A DNA stretch of 20,000 nt from Perkinsus olseni (taxonomy: Eukaryota). Location: the NCBI GenBank assembly GCA_013115125.1, contig JABANN010000126.1, positions 46,502 to 66,501 of the forward strand. The letters are read 5' to 3'. Below, one piece after another: positions 17,718 through 20,000 of this stretch; positions within the stretch are counted from its first letter, which is position 1, and each line of letters opens with the position of its first letter. The position numbers and the translations under genes were made by a program. Below the pieces are notes generated by a model that saw nothing but the letters and a program-made list of their open reading frames with translations, had not been told where the DNA came from and did no database searches.

Positions 17718-20000
17718 TCAGGAGAGGTAACCCGCTGTGACAAGAGCAGTTCTCGAGATGTCACGCAGCTTTCCCGTAGGAGTCAACTTTATCTTCATGA
17801 GGACCGAGCCAACTGTTCTCAGCAAGGGGTAATCATCATCATCAGCTGGAGTTTGCGCAACGTAAGAGTCCCCGTCTGCAGCCATCCATACTGGCAGAAA
17901 AATTTTGCCGTCCGTGGTGTCGTACACCTGGATACGCATATCCTGGGTTCCAGGGTCTTGTTTGACCTTGCCGATCACGTCTTCTCCACCAGGGAGACGA
18001 ACCAGCAGTATATCGTCGATCTTGGTCGATGATAACGGTATTATTGTTTCTGTAGCCAACGTAGGTCGATTCCTGTCGACCACTGCATCACGTGGTTCCA
18101 GGTGGCAAGCAGATACCGAGGCCGTTTTGTCTTCTGGTGATCCAAGTGGGCGCAGACGGACAGAGAAACCGGTCATGGAGCCTAAGTATTGGAAAGGGCC
18201 CTCGTCAACGTTGACGCCTTGGACAATGACGACATGACCCTCAACAGGCCTCGCCCCCGGTCGGCGCCAGACAACCAAGTCGCCGTCCTTGACTGGTTTT
18301 CCCGGGCGGGATGCAGAGGCGCGTAGGCAATCCCTAATATGAGACTGGAGTACCGCAGTTCTGGCGAGACCTATGGAGTCAGTGATGACCTGACGGACAG
18401 ATTCCCTAGTGTCGATTGACGGGGCCAGCTGTTCAAGTCCGTCGCAGGTCGCTTGACGGTGAGGATCCAAGACAGCTGTTAGCACAGCCGCTGAAGGGGT
18501 ATTAACCTTAGTGCCGAACATGAGCTCAGCAGCAGAGTGACCAGTTGCCCGTTGTTGGGAGTTGATGGCCAATTGGACGTGCGGCATCGCCGCGTCCCAA
18601 GGGAGTGAGTAACCAGGGAGGATGCGTTTAATCCGGCCGACCCGGGCCTCCGCACTCCCATTAGACCAGGGAGACCAGGCCGGCACTGAGAGGAAGCGCA
18701 CCCCGCAGGCCTTGAGGGAACTCCGCAGCGACGGTGTGTCTAAGAAGTTATCTCCCGTGACCGACAGAGGTACGCCCATCAGTGCTATCCACGACTCGAA
18801 AAGAGTCGCGGATGTGGTAGGTCCGCCAACATCAGCGACACATCTTATCAGAGTGAAGCCAGTGGAGAGATCCGTCATCACCAAGAAGGCCTTATTGTTT
18901 GGGTCCTTAGCGGGAGACCATGATGGGGATGGATAACCATGATCCATTGCTAAGTGCTTGCCACGCGCATCGATGTCCAGTAACCCTTTAGGTACCCTCG
19001 GCGCACTCAGCAACTTAGCCCTCTTACTCGGCTTTTGTTCCATACAGTAATCACAACGGGATATCCATGACCGTATATCCCGAGAGATGGATGGCCACCA
19101 AGCCAGACTGCAGATAGTATCCTTGACTTGGGGATGTGCCCGATGACTGTCAGCTTCATGGGCAGCAAATATCAGCCATTCACGTAGTTCCCAGTTGGGA
19201 ACGACGTTAGTGCTGATGATCTGTTCCAAGCCATCAACCTTACCGACAGGGATCACAGGTACGAGTACCTCGCCGAGGAGGGTAACATCGCTGATGACAT
19301 GAACGAGATCAGTTTTGAAGGAGACCAGGCCGAGAGTCTTCGCTTCTTGCGAGACTCGAGAAATGTCATTACCGTTGATGAAGTGGGCATGCCATGTACT
19401 CAGGCTATCCCCATGAAACCGAGTGCTACCATCGGCAGCCTGCAACAGGACCAGCTCTCGAAGGAGCTGCCCGCTCATCAGGGCCTTCGCGAGCTTATCA
19501 GCAGGTGAGGCCTCATCGGCTGTAGAGTCACCAGGAGTGAACAGCACACGTGGTTGTCCTCCGCCTTCCGGAACTAGGTGCCGTCCCCCAGCCAATAACC
19601 TGCTTAGGAGGTCAGCAAAGGAATTGGACCGACCACTAACATGATGGTAGGTCAAGTCTGTGCTGCTGAAGACGAGCAGCTCGCTCAACCAGCCTAACCA
19701 CCTCTTTGCCTGATTCGAGGTAGGAGTATACCTAGAAGAGTCCAGACGACCGGCGAGCTTTCCGAGAGCACTGTTCGAGTCCATGTAAACGGCTACGCGC
19801 CCAACCGCCGGGCACTTATCCGCTGGGGGAAGCTCGAAGAAGTTGACGAAGGGGAGGATGAGGTTACGCCAGTGCAACAATGATGAGCAAGTTGCGAGCA
19901 GCTCGCGGTCCGAAATGTCGTAGGCCTTCTCGTGAGCTGTCCATTTCCTCGTCCAGACCCCTATCAGAGCCGATGTCGGAAGAGAGGATATCCACTCCGC
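17718..20000 (-). mobile_element. pol: Ty3/Gypsy-type LTR retrotransposon pol, 3' portion: RNase H, integrase (HHCC, DDE core, GPF module) plus C-terminal extension; runs off the window
   Basis: Frame is open from 20000 to TGA at 17718. RNase H motifs WTRKWTAHEKAYDISDRELLA, VYMDSNSAL, HVSGRSNSFADLLSR. Zn finger HEADSH...WWPSISRDIRSWISRCDYC. Core LAMDH / VMTDLSTGF / VTGDN / SPWSNGSAE. GDLVVWR...EGPF. RNase H-before-integrase order indicates Ty3/Gypsy rather than Copia. Confidence 0.93.

Noticed and set aside
19880-20000. ORF-track start of pol at 19880
   Set aside because: The frame stays open to the window edge and encodes RNase H motifs; the true start is outside the window.

Overview
Eukaryotic protist genomic DNA, most likely a perkinsozoan alveolate (Perkinsus-like). 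That assignment is an inference from the many ~42-63 nt GT-AG introns, intronless secreted-protein genes with upstream pyrimidine-AG acceptors, and a spliced-leader-like 12-mer. 160-10149 (+) is the 5'-truncated, ~30-exon intraflagellar transport gene IFT144/WDR19. It is followed by an intronless secreted subtilisin (10908-12191, -) arranged head-to-head with an intronless secreted protein made of five copies of an unrecognised ~115-aa domain with Pro/Thr linkers (12875-15049, +). Next come an orphan ORF (15784-16848, -) and the 3' part of a Ty3/Gypsy LTR retrotransposon pol (RNase H + integrase, 17718->20000, -). Best leads: (i) two IFT144 introns that are homologous to each other and share a conserved hairpin (introner-like or intronic ncRNA); (ii) the shared promoter of the two secreted genes is packed with (A/T)GAGACG heptamers, a known Toxoplasma cis-element; (iii) the five-domain secreted protein itself; (iv) an extra non-chromodomain module at the integrase C-terminus; (v) a duplicated splice acceptor leading straight into a stop codon. 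All alignments and counts were done by eye; no databases were searched.
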